This document shows positions 52,372 to 61,974 of a stretch of DNA of 64,000 nt, in pieces. The DNA is from an uncultured Nitrospiraceae bacterium (GTDB lineage: Bacteria > Nitrospirota > Nitrospiria > Nitrospirales > Nitrospiraceae), in assembly GCA_963730935.1 (NCBI GenBank), contig CAVSTP010000002.1, positions 352,001-416,000 on the forward strand, read 5' to 3'. The translations under genes were made by a program, and so were the position numbers. Under the pieces are notes generated by a model, which made no database searches, was not told the DNA's origin, and worked only from the letters and a program-made list of their open reading frames with translations. Positions within the stretch are counted from its first letter, which is position 1; each line of letters opens with the position of its first letter.

Positions 52372-52572
52372 ATGGCGAAGAGCAGCAAGCCGGACTTTCT
52401 AACAGAGGAGCGGCTCCTGGCGTGCCTCATGTTCCTGAGCAAACTGCGCAAGAGCGGCGTGACAAATATGTTCGAAATTCGGCTGAAACTGCGCCATGCA
52501 TTCCCCGATCTCACGACGCATCAAGCTGCCGAAGTCCTTGCGTACTGGATGTACACGTTCGCCGCTGCATGA
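52372..52572 (+). CDS. Small hypothetical protein (LRxSGxTNMF, phage-like)
   Basis: LSKLRKSGVTNMF..AAEVLAYWM; resemblance to phage small proteins is from memory only. Confidence 0.6.
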   Translation: MAKSSKPDFLTEERLLACLMFLSKLRKSGVTNMFEIRLKLRHAFPDLTTHQAAEVLAYWMYTFAAA

Positions 52573-52588
52573 CCTGTTCCCGAGAGTC

Positions 52589-52909
52589 ATGATCGAGCGC
52601 AGCCATCAGAGATTTCCCGTCTCCCTGTCGGGAGCCCTCTTTGCCTATGACAAATCGTGGCCGGATACCATTCGATCGGTAGATCTTTCCCGAACTGGTT
52701 GTCGGATTGAAAACACGGTTCAGGTCGTTCCAGGCATGAATATCGCTCTCTTTCTGTTCCCTCCTGGAGAGGACAGTCCCATCGTTATTCATGACGCCAA
52801 GGTTCGGTGGTCTGGGGCTGAAGGCATCGGGATCGAATTCCACACTGTCGCCGACCGCTATCGAGACCATCTAGATCTCCTGATCAATCAACTGAAGCAG
52901 CCGCACTAG
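52589..52909 (+). CDS. PilZ domain protein
   Basis: RSHQR (RxxxR), DLSRTG (DxSxxG), VRW..GIEF. Confidence 0.85.
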   Translation: MIERSHQRFPVSLSGALFAYDKSWPDTIRSVDLSRTGCRIENTVQVVPGMNIALFLFPPGEDSPIVIHDAKVRWSGAEGIGIEFHTVADRYRDHLDLLINQLKQPH

Positions 52910-53214
52910 CAGCTGTTAGGTTATTCGATAGATCCATTCGCCGCCATTATTGGCCTGACGGCGGGCTCAACGGCGTGAGCAGCCGTAACACGACGAAGGG
53001 AGCGGTGAAAGTGGAAGGCAGGTGATCCAGCCGTCGTCGGCGCCCACACCCATTTTTTAGCTAGCAAAATTTTAAACGAGAGACAGTTACTAGAGAAATC
53101 GAGAAGAGGAGGGGGCATTCCACTAGGCCATCTTGTAGAAGTGAAAACCAACTCCAACTGGAACTGTAAATGCTATAGAGGGCGTAAGGGTTTCTCCCAG
53201 GAATCGTCGACTTA

Positions 53215-53920
53215 TAGAGATGGAGATTTCGTATGTACGAGTTGGGACTTGCGAACCGGAGACCGGGTAATGCCTTGCCGTTTTGTTGGTCATCGACTCT
53301 TGGCCGGAAGTCGAAGACCAATCGGCTTTCGTTGGGCTGAGGAACGATAAAGAGCCTGAACAATCTGGACATCAATTAACCCTTCCACGCCGGAAGATTC
53401 CGGTTCTCTGTACCGTCGAATACAATCCGAAAAGTAGACCAACTCTGCCGCGAACTGATCACTTGCAGGAAAGTGCGTAATCTTGGTTTCCCCATTCAGC
53501 GTGAGACGATGAACCAGCGGGCCGACGTATTCAAATCCAGGATCTACCTGTAAGCGTCCTTTCGTTCCTATGACCTCGTAGGAACTGACATCTGTGGCGC
53601 CGAAACTGCAGACGAAACTCCCGAGTCGTCCCTCGGGGAAAAGCAGTAGGGCACCTGACATTTCATCGACTTCACGAAAACGCCGATCCGTTCCTTTTAC
53701 CGCGAAGGTGCTGACTTCAATTGGATTTGCCTGTAACAGCGCCTGCTAAGCTCTCGCAGTTTGGTTTCGTCATCAGAAATCAATGTCGTAGTTCCGAGTT
53801 GGTTGCATGCGCAAAGGCTGGTAATACCGCTACCTGTGCAATGTGCCCCAGCCCCACTACGCCGTAACGGACACGTCTCCCCGATGCGATCCATTGCTTC
53901 TGGTTGTGTTCATGTCATGC
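53215..53920 (-). pseudogene. Gfo/Idh/MocA oxidoreductase remnant
   Basis: VRYGVVGLGHIAQVAVLPAF N-terminus, frameshift and large central deletion, C-terminal FREVDE..DQFAAELVYFSDCI, premature stop; ends approximate. Confidence 0.8.
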
Positions 53921-54070
53921 CAGTCGTTCGTACCTGCCTGATCCGCATCGCATTTTTGTTACTACCTTGAGGATGATGAGTAGAGGAAGAAACTGGCTTC
54001 CCTGAACAGCCATGCCTGGGCTCTTTCCCTGTTTCTGATTCAGAGAATCAAGCGTAGAGTGATCTCTAGC

Positions 54071-54490
54071 ATGGGACAGTGGATCTCCAAAGAAATGTTT
54101 GCATGGGTTTCGACCGCATCAGGCGTTGGGCTTCTCGTTCTCGCTATTGTTATCCCGTGGCTTATCGTGAAGATGCCGGTTGACTACTTTTCCCATCCCA
54201 AACGCTACAATTGGTTGGATCGGAAGCCTGTAATGGTCCGTATCCCCCTACGCATTCTGAAAAATGTTCTCTCCATCGCTCTGGTGATTCTTGGTGTCAT
54301 CATGTTTCTGACGCCGGCATCAGGTCTGTTTCCCATACTGCTCGGTGTTGTAATTGCCGATTTTCCCGGAAAACTCAAGCTCCAACGCTGGATCTTGTGC
54401 CGCAATAGCATTCGTAACAGTATGAATTGGCTCCGACGGAAATTCCGGAGGAAACCGGTCGAAATGCCTTCGAAGAGATTGGCCGCCTGA
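54071..54490 (+). CDS. Membrane protein (PGPGW-like family)
   Basis: MPVDYF, KNVL..GVIMFLTP..G, DFPGK, MNWLRRK. Confidence 0.7.
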   Translation: MGQWISKEMFAWVSTASGVGLLVLAIVIPWLIVKMPVDYFSHPKRYNWLDRKPVMVRIPLRILKNVLSIALVILGVIMFLTPASGLFPILLGVVIADFPGKLKLQRWILCRNSIRNSMNWLRRKFRRKPVEMPSKRLAA

Positions 54491-54782
54491 CGGTGAATTA
54501 GCGACGCCACTACCGACACGTTCTTCCCGATAATTCTGGAGAGGCGGCGAACTATCTGGCTAGGCGTGGGAGTCCTCATGAGGCCAGCCGCCCTGCCTGA
54601 ACATGGCCGGGGGTGGCTGCGTACCGGTTGCAGAGTGGCGAATAATTTGCAGGGTTCTGCCGTTACCTGCCTTCCCGAATGTGCTTACGAAACAGAAAAA
54701 TCATCCCCGCACAGTCACTGCAGAGTATGCGTGACCGCTCACGCATAGGCGTATCCGCTCCAAGTCATAACCTCGGAGAGAA

Positions 54783-55987
54783 TTACCCCTCTTGGACGGT
54801 GACACTGCCTCGCCCTACTTCAGTCGCCGTATTCTGTAAATAGAAGACAAACTCTACCGTGTGCAAGCCTCTGCCAAACCGGTTCGGTAGAACCGAAACA
54901 TTGTTGTCCCCGGGGAAGCTCCATGGGGCGCGGTATTTTCAGCATGGTGGAGGTTACTGTCCAAGAACACCTCCGCCATGAGATCCCGCGAGTCATTTAT
55001 GGATGCCGAGACTCCCCAAGGTCCCGTGGCCGGATTGCCTACCACCGTCACATTCACTGGCGTTGATCCAGACGATGAGGTCGTGCCTTCCTGCACCGTC
55101 ACGCTGCCGCGACCAACCTCGGTCGAGGTATTCTGCAAGTAGAACACAAACTCTACTCTGTGCGAACCGGTTCCGAAACGATTAGGAATGACGGAGAGGC
55201 CGTTGTCCTCGGGGAAGCTCCACGGGACGGTATTTTCAGTATGGTGGAGGGTACTGTCCAAGTATACTTTCGCCATGAGATCTCGTAAATCGGAGGTGGT
55301 CGCCGAGACTCCCCACGAACCGGAAGCCGGATTCCCCAAGACACTCACAGTGATCGTGCCCACGGGTGGTGGAGATGACGTAGACGTGGTCCCTTCCTGC
55401 ACTGTCACGCTGGCTCGTCCGACCTCGGTCGAGGTGTCCTGCAAGTAGAACGCGAACTCTACCGTGTGGGAGCCTCTGCCAAACCGGTTCGGTAGAACCG
55501 AAACATTGTTGTCCCCTGGGAAACTCCATGGGGCGGTGTTTTCGGTATGGTGCAGGCCACCATCTAAGTACACCTTCGCCATCAAATCTCGCGAATCCTT
55601 GACAGTAGCAGCGACTCCCCATGGTCCGATCGACGGTGTTCCGACCACTGTAAGAGTGACCGGCGTTGCAGCCGGGGGAATTGGAGGTCCAGAAGGACTT
55701 GACGACACCACGTTACTGCTGCCTGACTCGTTTCCGAGCAAATCATACGCCGTGATGAAGTAGTATTGCGTGACCGAGGGCGTACCGATATTGTAGCTGG
55801 TCACTTTCCCTAGCGTGGCAAACAGAGTGCCGCTGGACTTGTTACAGGATGACGTGGTGCATTGATAGACGCGATAGCCCGCCAATTCAGATTCGGTGTT
55901 TGCGTTCCATGACAGCGTCAACGCCTCGGCCGTAAGAGCCCACAACACGGCAATAGACACCGCAACGATGACTTTCACGCAGGTCAT
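54783..55987 (-). CDS. Secreted FN3 protein with three ~100-aa tandem beta-rich repeats; 2-nt insertion frameshifts repeat 3
   Basis: LTLSWNANTESELAGY..YYFITAYD; repeats GPWGV.A...DLMAKVYLD..HHTEN..PWSFP; extra GC near 54930; restored frame ends VTVQEG-TAA at 54783. Confidence 0.8.
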
Positions 55988-56091
55988 AGGCAGACTCCTG
56001 TTGTAATTGCGCTCTCCTGTAAGCGGGCCGTTTGGAGAGCGGTTCTAAACAGCAAAGACTCTTGTCGGGTGTTTCGTTAAACGACGCGAGA

Positions 56092-56108
56092 GGCAATTGA
56101 CGTGCCTT
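56092..56108 (-). promoter_or_regulatory. Sigma54 promoter upstream of the FN3 repeat gene
   Basis: AAGGCACGTCAATTGCC (GG-N10-GC). Confidence 0.6.
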
Positions 56109-56150
56109 CGTTCGTCAAGAAGAAAAAGCAAGAAAACCATTCATTTTGGC

Positions 56151-56241
56151 GTGTGTAGGTAAGAAGAGACAGAGGAGGAGGTAAGAAGAGGCAGAGAGGA
56201 GAGGCAGAAGAGGAGGTAAGAGGCAGAAGAGGTGTGTAGGA
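56151..56241 (+). repeat. Purine-rich low-complexity tract
   Basis: Shuffled GAGG/AAGA/GGCAGA/GGTAAG units bounded by GTGTGTAGG at both ends. Confidence 0.7.
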
Positions 56242-56724
56242 AGTGTACCTAATTGAGAAAAACTGCAGCCAATTGCCTACGGATGCAAGTATAACTGAGA
56301 GACAAGTACTTCACTCGCCCGAGCTCCACAGTTTGGCGGATACCAATGCTACGCCAGGAACATTGAGTCTCCCTCCTGGTCAGCCATTCGGCAGCAACGT
56401 GACCGCCAGCACAGCATTCTTTACGCTCGGTACTCAGGAAACTAGTCCCTCAACTTTTGAAACTACTCTTGTAAAATTCACTCCTGGCGGTCCTGGCGGA
56501 GTCTTACCAATAAGTGATCAGTTTGCGCCAAAACTTGGTTTGGCTGTAGCGACGGCATGGTGTGTGCGCAGTGAAATCCTGTACAGCCCGAGTGAGATTT
56601 CCTTAAGGATGCAGGGGGCGCACGCTCTCTGCACCCTGCCTCATTGTAGCTAAACTGTGGCAGAACTATCGTGCCGAGTTGTGTTTGACTGCCATCAAAG
56701 AAGGGGAATCCGCAGCGTTTTCGT

Positions 56725-56768
56725 AGTTAAATAGTGACTAAATCGCTTCCCCTCAACATTATTTAACT
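56725..56768 (+). repeat. att-like site A (degenerate tRNA-fMet 3' end within a 12-bp inverted repeat)
   Basis: 28/32 identical to site B; AGTTAAATAGTG...CATTATTTAACT. Confidence 0.65.
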
Positions 56769-56984
56769 TCCCCCGATCGCCAGCTGCATCAGCCCTTCAT
56801 AGTTTAGGCAATATGCGGCTCCTTGGCGCCCCATTGTTCTGATCGACCTGACCTCTTCAAATGCTGCACAAAGAGAACAAACTAGGGGAACCCACAGTAT
56901 TTGCAGACGAAAGACAGGTTCACAATTTCAACCCCTAAGAATAAGGAAATAGGACACGAACTCAGAATGAGGCAGGAGGACAGT

Positions 56985-57611
56985 ATGAGGCACGCTTGGG
57001 TTAATAAAGTCGGGATGTTGTCGCTGGTCGGCGTCATGGTCCTTGCTGGTAACACCTATGCGGGATCGAACCCTTATCCTGTGGGGGCTAGGGTTTTGGA
57101 TTCCACCTACAAACTTGTAGGGCCAGTGCTTGGAACCGATTCGGGGGTCACCAATCCGAACGTTGCACTAAATATCGCGGGATCTTCGATTGTCCTACAA
57201 GTCACGCGAGACTCTTTTCGGCACCATGCTCCTCTATATTTCACCGAGGTGAATTGCAGCGGGCAAGCGTACATCGAAATCGTGTCAACACCGGCTTCAA
57301 CGGCGGCGCCCGCGAAGGCACGGCCCGGGCAACCCGGAGTGTCGGAGTTGCTGATGAGCATGGCGAAACCTGAGAAGGGTGAGGACCCACTCGCTCCCAT
57401 GTTTCCATATATTAGCGTTATGAATAATGTGGTATATCAGCAACGGGCAAACACTGCCCCTGGTCCTGTAACGGCTGCCTCCTCCTATAATTCTCTTAAC
57501 CCAAAGGACGGCTGCCACCCCACTGATCGGAGATCTACTATGGTGATCGCCGATCCAATCGCTGACCTGGCTACCGAGTTCACACCGCCATTCAGCTTTG
57601 TCTATCCCTAG
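56985..57611 (+). CDS. Secreted hypothetical protein (sole cargo between att-like sites A and B)
   Basis: AGGAGGA RBS; signal peptide ending TYA. Confidence 0.75.
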   Translation: MRHAWVNKVGMLSLVGVMVLAGNTYAGSNPYPVGARVLDSTYKLVGPVLGTDSGVTNPNVALNIAGSSIVLQVTRDSFRHHAPLYFTEVNCSGQAYIEIVSTPASTAAPAKARPGQPGVSELLMSMAKPEKGEDPLAPMFPYISVMNNVVYQQRANTAPGPVTAASSYNSLNPKDGCHPTDRRSTMVIADPIADLATEFTPPFSFVYP

Positions 57612-57784
57612 ACAGGGCAGGAGTGTGCAAAATGTATTAGGCCGTTCCGGAGCCACCTGCGAGGTATGCAGGAAGAGAAACCACGTCCAAGCTTGAGTTC
57701 CCTGCCATTTCTTACACGCTCCGATTTACCTCAGTGCAATGCGTAACGGCGTCGAAAATACCGGTAGAATCGCCTCCCCGCTTT

Positions 57785-57847
57785 ACTTCAGGGCAACCCG
57801 GATCGGCGGGGTTAAATAATGACCTAATCGCTTCCCCGCAACCAACC
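57785..57847 (+). repeat. att-like site B ending in the tRNA-fMet 3' end
   Basis: TCCCCGCAACCAACC identical to 51573-51587; 47/62 identical to site C. Confidence 0.8.
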
Positions 57848-58198
57848 TTTTCAAGAGAGGGTTAGGGCCCACATGGCCATAGCCGTATGGTGAAATCCAC
57901 TCCGCTCTACTTCATGGCCAGGGCTACGCCCCCTTGACTGTGCACACGAGGAGATTATCCACGAGCTATCGGTTCTGGACAATGGTGCTTTGACCATAAA
58001 GAAGAATCACTCGGCTCGCCGGACAAATGATCTGATCAACGACAAGTTTTCCTTACCATTGCGTTCTTACCTTGACCGCTTACCCTATCGTGACCCCCAG
58101 TGAAATAGGTTGCTGTCGCGTCTACCTTCGTTCCTGCCGGGGAAACCATCAGCGGAGCCCGGCCAAGTGTCTACAACGTTCGTAAACGATAATGCACC

Positions 58199-58222
58199 CA
58201 ATTGGTTCGGTGCGCCTCTTGC
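58199..58222 (+). promoter_or_regulatory. Putative sigma54 promoter (24-bp repeat with 59061-59084)
   Basis: CAATTGGTTCGGTGCGCCTCTTGC, GG-N10-GC. Confidence 0.55.
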
Positions 58223-58271
58223 TTTCTGCAGTCCTCATTTGCAGGAAGCCGACGCGATTGGAGAGCCAACC

Positions 58272-58694
58272 GTGGATTTCGCCGAATCCACACCACCGAC
58301 TCGCACGACAGTGCTTATTATCGATGACAATTATCACGACCGTAAACATTGGTCCAATGCTCTCAGAGGTCCTTCTTTTAATTATTTGGTGTTGGAAGCG
58401 CCCGATGCTGATGACGGTCGCAAGATTTTGCAAAATCAAAAAGTGGATTGTGTTCTCTTAGATTTCGATATGCCGCTATGCGGCTTTTTTACCCTCATAG
58501 AATTAGTTCCTGATCGGGAGCGCCCAAACATTGCCGTCATCATGCTCACGTGTCTGGTTCATCCACTTTGGTCTGAGCTGACGAAGCAGAATGGTGCCCA
58601 GGCATGGTTAGTCAAACAACATACCTCTACTGAGATTTTGCATCATGCCATCCACAAGGCTATAGGCTCAGTCAAATCGCTGCGAGGCTCCTAA
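58272..58694 (+). CDS. Single-domain response regulator receiver protein
   Basis: VLIIDD, CVLLDFDMP, IMLT, AWLVK; start uncertain. Confidence 0.85.
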   Translation: MDFAESTPPTRTTVLIIDDNYHDRKHWSNALRGPSFNYLVLEAPDADDGRKILQNQKVDCVLLDFDMPLCGFFTLIELVPDRERPNIAVIMLTCLVHPLWSELTKQNGAQAWLVKQHTSTEILHHAIHKAIGSVKSLRGS

Positions 58695-58757
58695 CGCGAA
58701 CTCTGGACAGGCGCAAGATAAGCCTTCTCACCATCCCGAATTTCGAAGGTACATTTC

Positions 58758-58946
58758 ATGCCGCTCTCAAACGAGGTACAGAAGTTTACCAGCGCTTGTG
58801 AGCTTCTCATTGCGGGCATTGCGATGTATCGACCACTCACCGAAGATGAGCGGTTGCTGATCAAGCACTACTGCAATGAAGTGCTAACCAAAGTTGATCA
58901 TCCACAGACCAATTCCGCGCAAGTCGAAATTCCTCTGTCCCCGTGA
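58758..58946 (+). CDS. Small LTEDER-motif protein
   Basis: Paralogous to the ORFs at 61726 and 63207. Confidence 0.65.
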   Translation: MPLSNEVQKFTSACELLIAGIAMYRPLTEDERLLIKHYCNEVLTKVDHPQTNSAQVEIPLSP

Positions 58947-59060
58947 GTTCACTCTTTTTGTTAGTCCCTAGCGGTATGGTGCGTGCAGGTTGTCCAGTTA
59001 ATGAGAACAAGTTGTCTACAAAGGGGTGCGAAGTTCTCAAAAGATGAGCCAAATAACGAG

Positions 59061-59084
59061 CAATTGATTCGGTGCGCCTCTTGC
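59061..59084 (+). promoter_or_regulatory. Putative sigma54 promoter
   Basis: CAATTGATTCGGTGCGCCTCTTGC. Confidence 0.55.
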
Positions 59085-59176
59085 ACCTAGCACATACACT
59101 TTATTCGCCGCGCTGCCTAATCACGGCCACCTCACCGTATTGTCGGATGTAGTCAAGGACACTTAAGGAGGCCCAT

Positions 59177-59548
59177 ATGAAATTGAGATGGCCATTGGTA
59201 GCAAGTCTGTTTTTCCTATGCATGCTGTTCGACTCGCCACTGCCTTCTCTCGCAGACTCCTTGGATAAAGCCGCCATCAAAACCGAAAAACAGAAAATGG
59301 AAATGGAGCGGGAGGCCCAAACAAAGCGGCATGAAATGGAACGGGAGGCGCAGAAGGACAAACATGCAAGGGAGCGCCAGGAGCGTAAACAAGGCGAAGA
59401 CTTGATGGGGGAAGCAGAGAAACTCCAGCAGGAGCAGCGCAAACACAAAGAAGGGATGGCGCGGGAAGAAGAGAAACACCAAAAGGAAATGGCCCGCGAG
59501 GAAAGGAAACACCGAGAGGAAATGGAACGAGGCGGACAGAGTAATTGA
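59177..59548 (+). CDS. Exported charged coiled-coil protein with KHxxEMxRE repeats
   Basis: TAAGGAGG RBS; signal peptide; E/K/R/H/M-rich repeats. Confidence 0.75.
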   Translation: MKLRWPLVASLFFLCMLFDSPLPSLADSLDKAAIKTEKQKMEMEREAQTKRHEMEREAQKDKHARERQERKQGEDLMGEAEKLQQEQRKHKEGMAREEEKHQKEMAREERKHREEMERGGQSN

Positions 59549-59680
59549 TGCCGAGCGATCTCAGATCATTGCTTTTACTACCCCTGCTCCGCCGAATAGT
59601 CCGGTCGCAATTGGATCAACAAGGTCAATTCCCAGTCTCTCATCTAGGTCAGTGAATGAACATCAATATAAGGAGGTAAT

Positions 59681-60055
59681 ATGTGGGCCATTTTCTTGGT
59701 TAGCCTGAGCGTCGTCTTCATGGGACCCTCAATAGGATCAGCAGTGGACCTTCAAGTAGTAGATAAGAATTGTTGGATCGAGATTTTCGATGACGACGAA
59801 TATGATGAGGACGATCCGCATGTCAAGATCCAAGGGCCCGCAGAGTACGCCACTTTGAAAGATGTCTTTGGGCGCAATTGGAGCAATGACATTGAAAGCG
59901 TGATTGTGGGCACCAATGCGACCGTGAAGGCCTGGATGAATAAAGACTTTGCGGGGCCGGAAATTACCTTTACCCCCGGACAACGCGTGCCAAAACTTTC
60001 GAAATTCAAGATGTCCAATAACATTGAATCCATGAAAATCACCTGTGGACCTTAA
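59681..60055 (+). CDS. Exported beta/gamma-crystallin domain protein
   Basis: TAAGGAGG RBS; CWIEIFDD, WSNDIESVIVG, NNIESMKI. Confidence 0.8.
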   Translation: MWAIFLVSLSVVFMGPSIGSAVDLQVVDKNCWIEIFDDDEYDEDDPHVKIQGPAEYATLKDVFGRNWSNDIESVIVGTNATVKAWMNKDFAGPEITFTPGQRVPKLSKFKMSNNIESMKITCGP

Positions 60056-60083
60056 CCGGCGAGTCGGCTACCAGTCGGGTATT

Positions 60084-60142
60084 AACATTGCTGAATCCAA
60101 GAGGAGGAGCCCGCTCACCGAAAGGGAGGCGGGCTCTTTTTT
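60084..60142 (+). terminator. Terminator; 3' part of the repeated sRNA-like element (copy 3)
   Basis: AACATTGCTGAATCCAAGAGGAGGAGCCCGC..GCGGGCTCTTTTTT. Confidence 0.7.
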
Positions 60143-60292
60143 ACCACTTTCTTGGCATAGCCCATGCTAGATGCTGCCGGCGCGAAAGCCATTGTGCTTA
60201 ACTTCATAGATCCAGTCTCAGTCATCGAAGGGCTGGGGCTGTTGAATGGGCGACAGAGGTTGGGGAACACTTGCCGGAAAAGTGTGGTTGTC

Positions 60293-60624
60293 ATGTCTGA
60301 CGCCACTACATTCTTCTCATCGACGACGATCCCCACTACCGTGTTTATTACGCACAACGCCGCAGGCTTGGGATGTCCGACGCCAAGATCTATCCATTCA
60401 AGGGAATGGTCGGCTGTGCTCCCGAGCCGCCAGCCAGTCGGATCAGAGAGATCGAGCAGATTTGCAAGAATACAAAGAACAGCCAGTTTCCCTATGTCGT
60501 GAAATTTAAGTCAGGTGATATTCACTGTCTGATCGACAATGCCAAAATCAGCAATGTGTCTGTCTTTCGTGAGGATACGAATGGCACGTTGAGCGAGGTA
60601 CAGTTCCAGCCCTGCGAGCAATGA
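60293..60624 (+). pseudogene. Chimeric fragments: receiver N-terminus, RRLGMSDA fragment and an unrelated C-terminus
   Basis: MSDATT/ILLIDDDPHYR (frameshift), then RRLGMSDAKIYPFKGMV, then CAPEPP...QFQPCEQ. Confidence 0.55.
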
Positions 60625-60796
60625 CCTTGCTACCTCTTATGAGCCGATTCAAAAAGCTTGCTTGAACAGGCCGTCACCGCTTCCCGCATAAGCGTCCCCA
60701 CCAATAGTCCGTCCTCACTTTGGAGATGAATCCGTACACGCTGAAGCTCGTCGTTCTGCTTGTTAGCATTGTCGGATATGCCGTCTTTGGCTTCCA

Positions 60797-60976
60797 TCAT
60801 GCCTTTCCTTTCGGGAGATGGCCTTTTCGTTCCAAGTCCGCCACGTGATCAACCAGAAGTTGGACGACGTATTTCTGAATGCTTCGCCCTCCGCTCAAGG
60901 CAGCGGCAGCTTTTAATTTGTGCACGAGATCATCTGGGACATTGCGTAGATACAGAACCTTAGGCTTAGTAGCCAT
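60797..60976 (-). CDS. Ribbon-helix-helix-type protein (duplicate)
   Basis: Identical to 52057-52236. Confidence 0.75.
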   Translation of the reverse strand: MATKPKVLYLRNVPDDLVHKLKAAAALSGGRSIQKYVVQLLVDHVADLERKGHLPKGKA

Positions 60977-61111
60977 GGGCCGGCGATAATATCGCAACAA
61001 CTCCGGCCGACACAACTCCTTTACCTGCTCACTAGCAAAGACTATACTATGCTAGCAGATGTCGCAGAGCTGGCATTGATGATAAGCGCTGCGATTGTAA
61101 GCGAGTGTGAT

Positions 61112-61312
61112 ATGGCGAAGAGCAGCAAGCCGGACTTTCTAACAGAGGAGCGGCTCCTGGCGTGCCTCATGTTCCTGAGCAAACTGCGCAAGAGCGGCGT
61201 GACAAATATGTTCGAAATTCGGCTGAAACTGCGCCATGCATTCCCCGATCTCACGACGCATCAAGCTGCCGAAGTCCTTGCGTACTGGATGTACACGTTC
61301 GCCGCTGCATGA
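61112..61312 (+). CDS. Small hypothetical protein (duplicate)
   Basis: Identical to 52372-52572. Confidence 0.6.
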   Translation: MAKSSKPDFLTEERLLACLMFLSKLRKSGVTNMFEIRLKLRHAFPDLTTHQAAEVLAYWMYTFAAA

Positions 61313-61328
61313 CCTGTTCCCGAGAGTC

Positions 61329-61649
61329 ATGATCGAGCGCAGCCATCAGAGATTTCCCGTCTCCCTGTCGGGAGCCCTCTTTGCCTATGACAAATCGTGG
61401 CCGGATACCATTCGATCGGTAGATCTTTCCCGAACTGGTTGTCGGATTGAAAACACGGTTCAGGTCGTTCCAGGCATGAATATCGCTCTCTTTCTGTTCC
61501 CTCCTGGAGAGGACAGTCCCATCGTTATTCATGACGCCAAGGTTCGGTGGTCTGGGGCTGAAGGCATCGGGATCGAATTCCACACTATCGCCGACCGCTA
61601 TCGAGACCATCTAGATCTCCTGATCAATCAACTGAAGCAGCCGCACTAG
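61329..61649 (+). CDS. PilZ domain protein (duplicate, V to I)
   Basis: One residue differs from 52589-52909. Confidence 0.85.
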   Translation: MIERSHQRFPVSLSGALFAYDKSWPDTIRSVDLSRTGCRIENTVQVVPGMNIALFLFPPGEDSPIVIHDAKVRWSGAEGIGIEFHTIADRYRDHLDLLINQLKQPH

Positions 61650-61725
61650 CAGCTCAGCAGGATCGACCACTAGGCACAAGACAAGGCCGCACAGCGGCCT
61701 CGGGAAGGCCGTAGACCGGCTGTAG

Positions 61726-61974
61726 TTAGACGACCACTGTCTGAGCTCTCTGCGGAGGATTGCTGACAATAGACTTGTCTGCGAGGAGTTCGCGCACCAC
61801 ATCGTTGACGTAGTATTCGAGCAGGTTGCGCTCATCCTCAGTCAACGGCACTCCATCCGATAGTAGGTTTTCGATAGGGGGCCGTCCCATTGCCGCGCGA
61901 ATGGTCGACATAGAGGACATGGGTTTGACCGCGACGGCAGGATCTGTTTTAGTTTTTCCTTTCTTGTCAGCCAT
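61726..61974 (-). CDS. Small LTEDER-motif protein, probably with a chimeric N-terminus
   Basis: LLSDGVPLTEDERNLLEYYVNDVVRELLADKS. Confidence 0.55.
   Translation of the reverse strand: MADKKGKTKTDPAVAVKPMSSMSTIRAAMGRPPIENLLSDGVPLTEDERNLLEYYVNDVVRELLADKSIVSNPPQRAQTVVV

Larger units (their letters stand above)
51951..52914 (+). repeat. 964-bp direct repeat, copy 1 (copy 2 at 60691-61654)
   Basis: Near-identical; one difference seen (G52847 vs A61587). Confidence 0.95.
60691..61654 (+). repeat. 964-bp direct repeat, copy 2
   Basis: Matches 51951-52914. Confidence 0.95.

Noticed and set aside
52057..52572. Type II toxin-antitoxin pair
   Set aside because: The two genes are divergent, and the partner has no PIN, RelE or HicA motif.
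56243..56653. 136-aa ORF
   Set aside because: No clear start or motif; at most a gene fragment.
56715..56735. dif/XerD site suggested by GTTAAAT
   Set aside because: Only 7 bp match; no XerC arm at a 6-bp spacing.
56701..56757. Riboswitch-like hairpin at site A
   Set aside because: It can fold, but matches no riboswitch I recognise and is better explained as an att-like site carrying the tRNA 3' end.
60678..60690. Possible further att site (CGCTTCCCGCA; also TCCCCGCAC at ~54704)
   Set aside because: Too short and lacks the conserved upstream arm.
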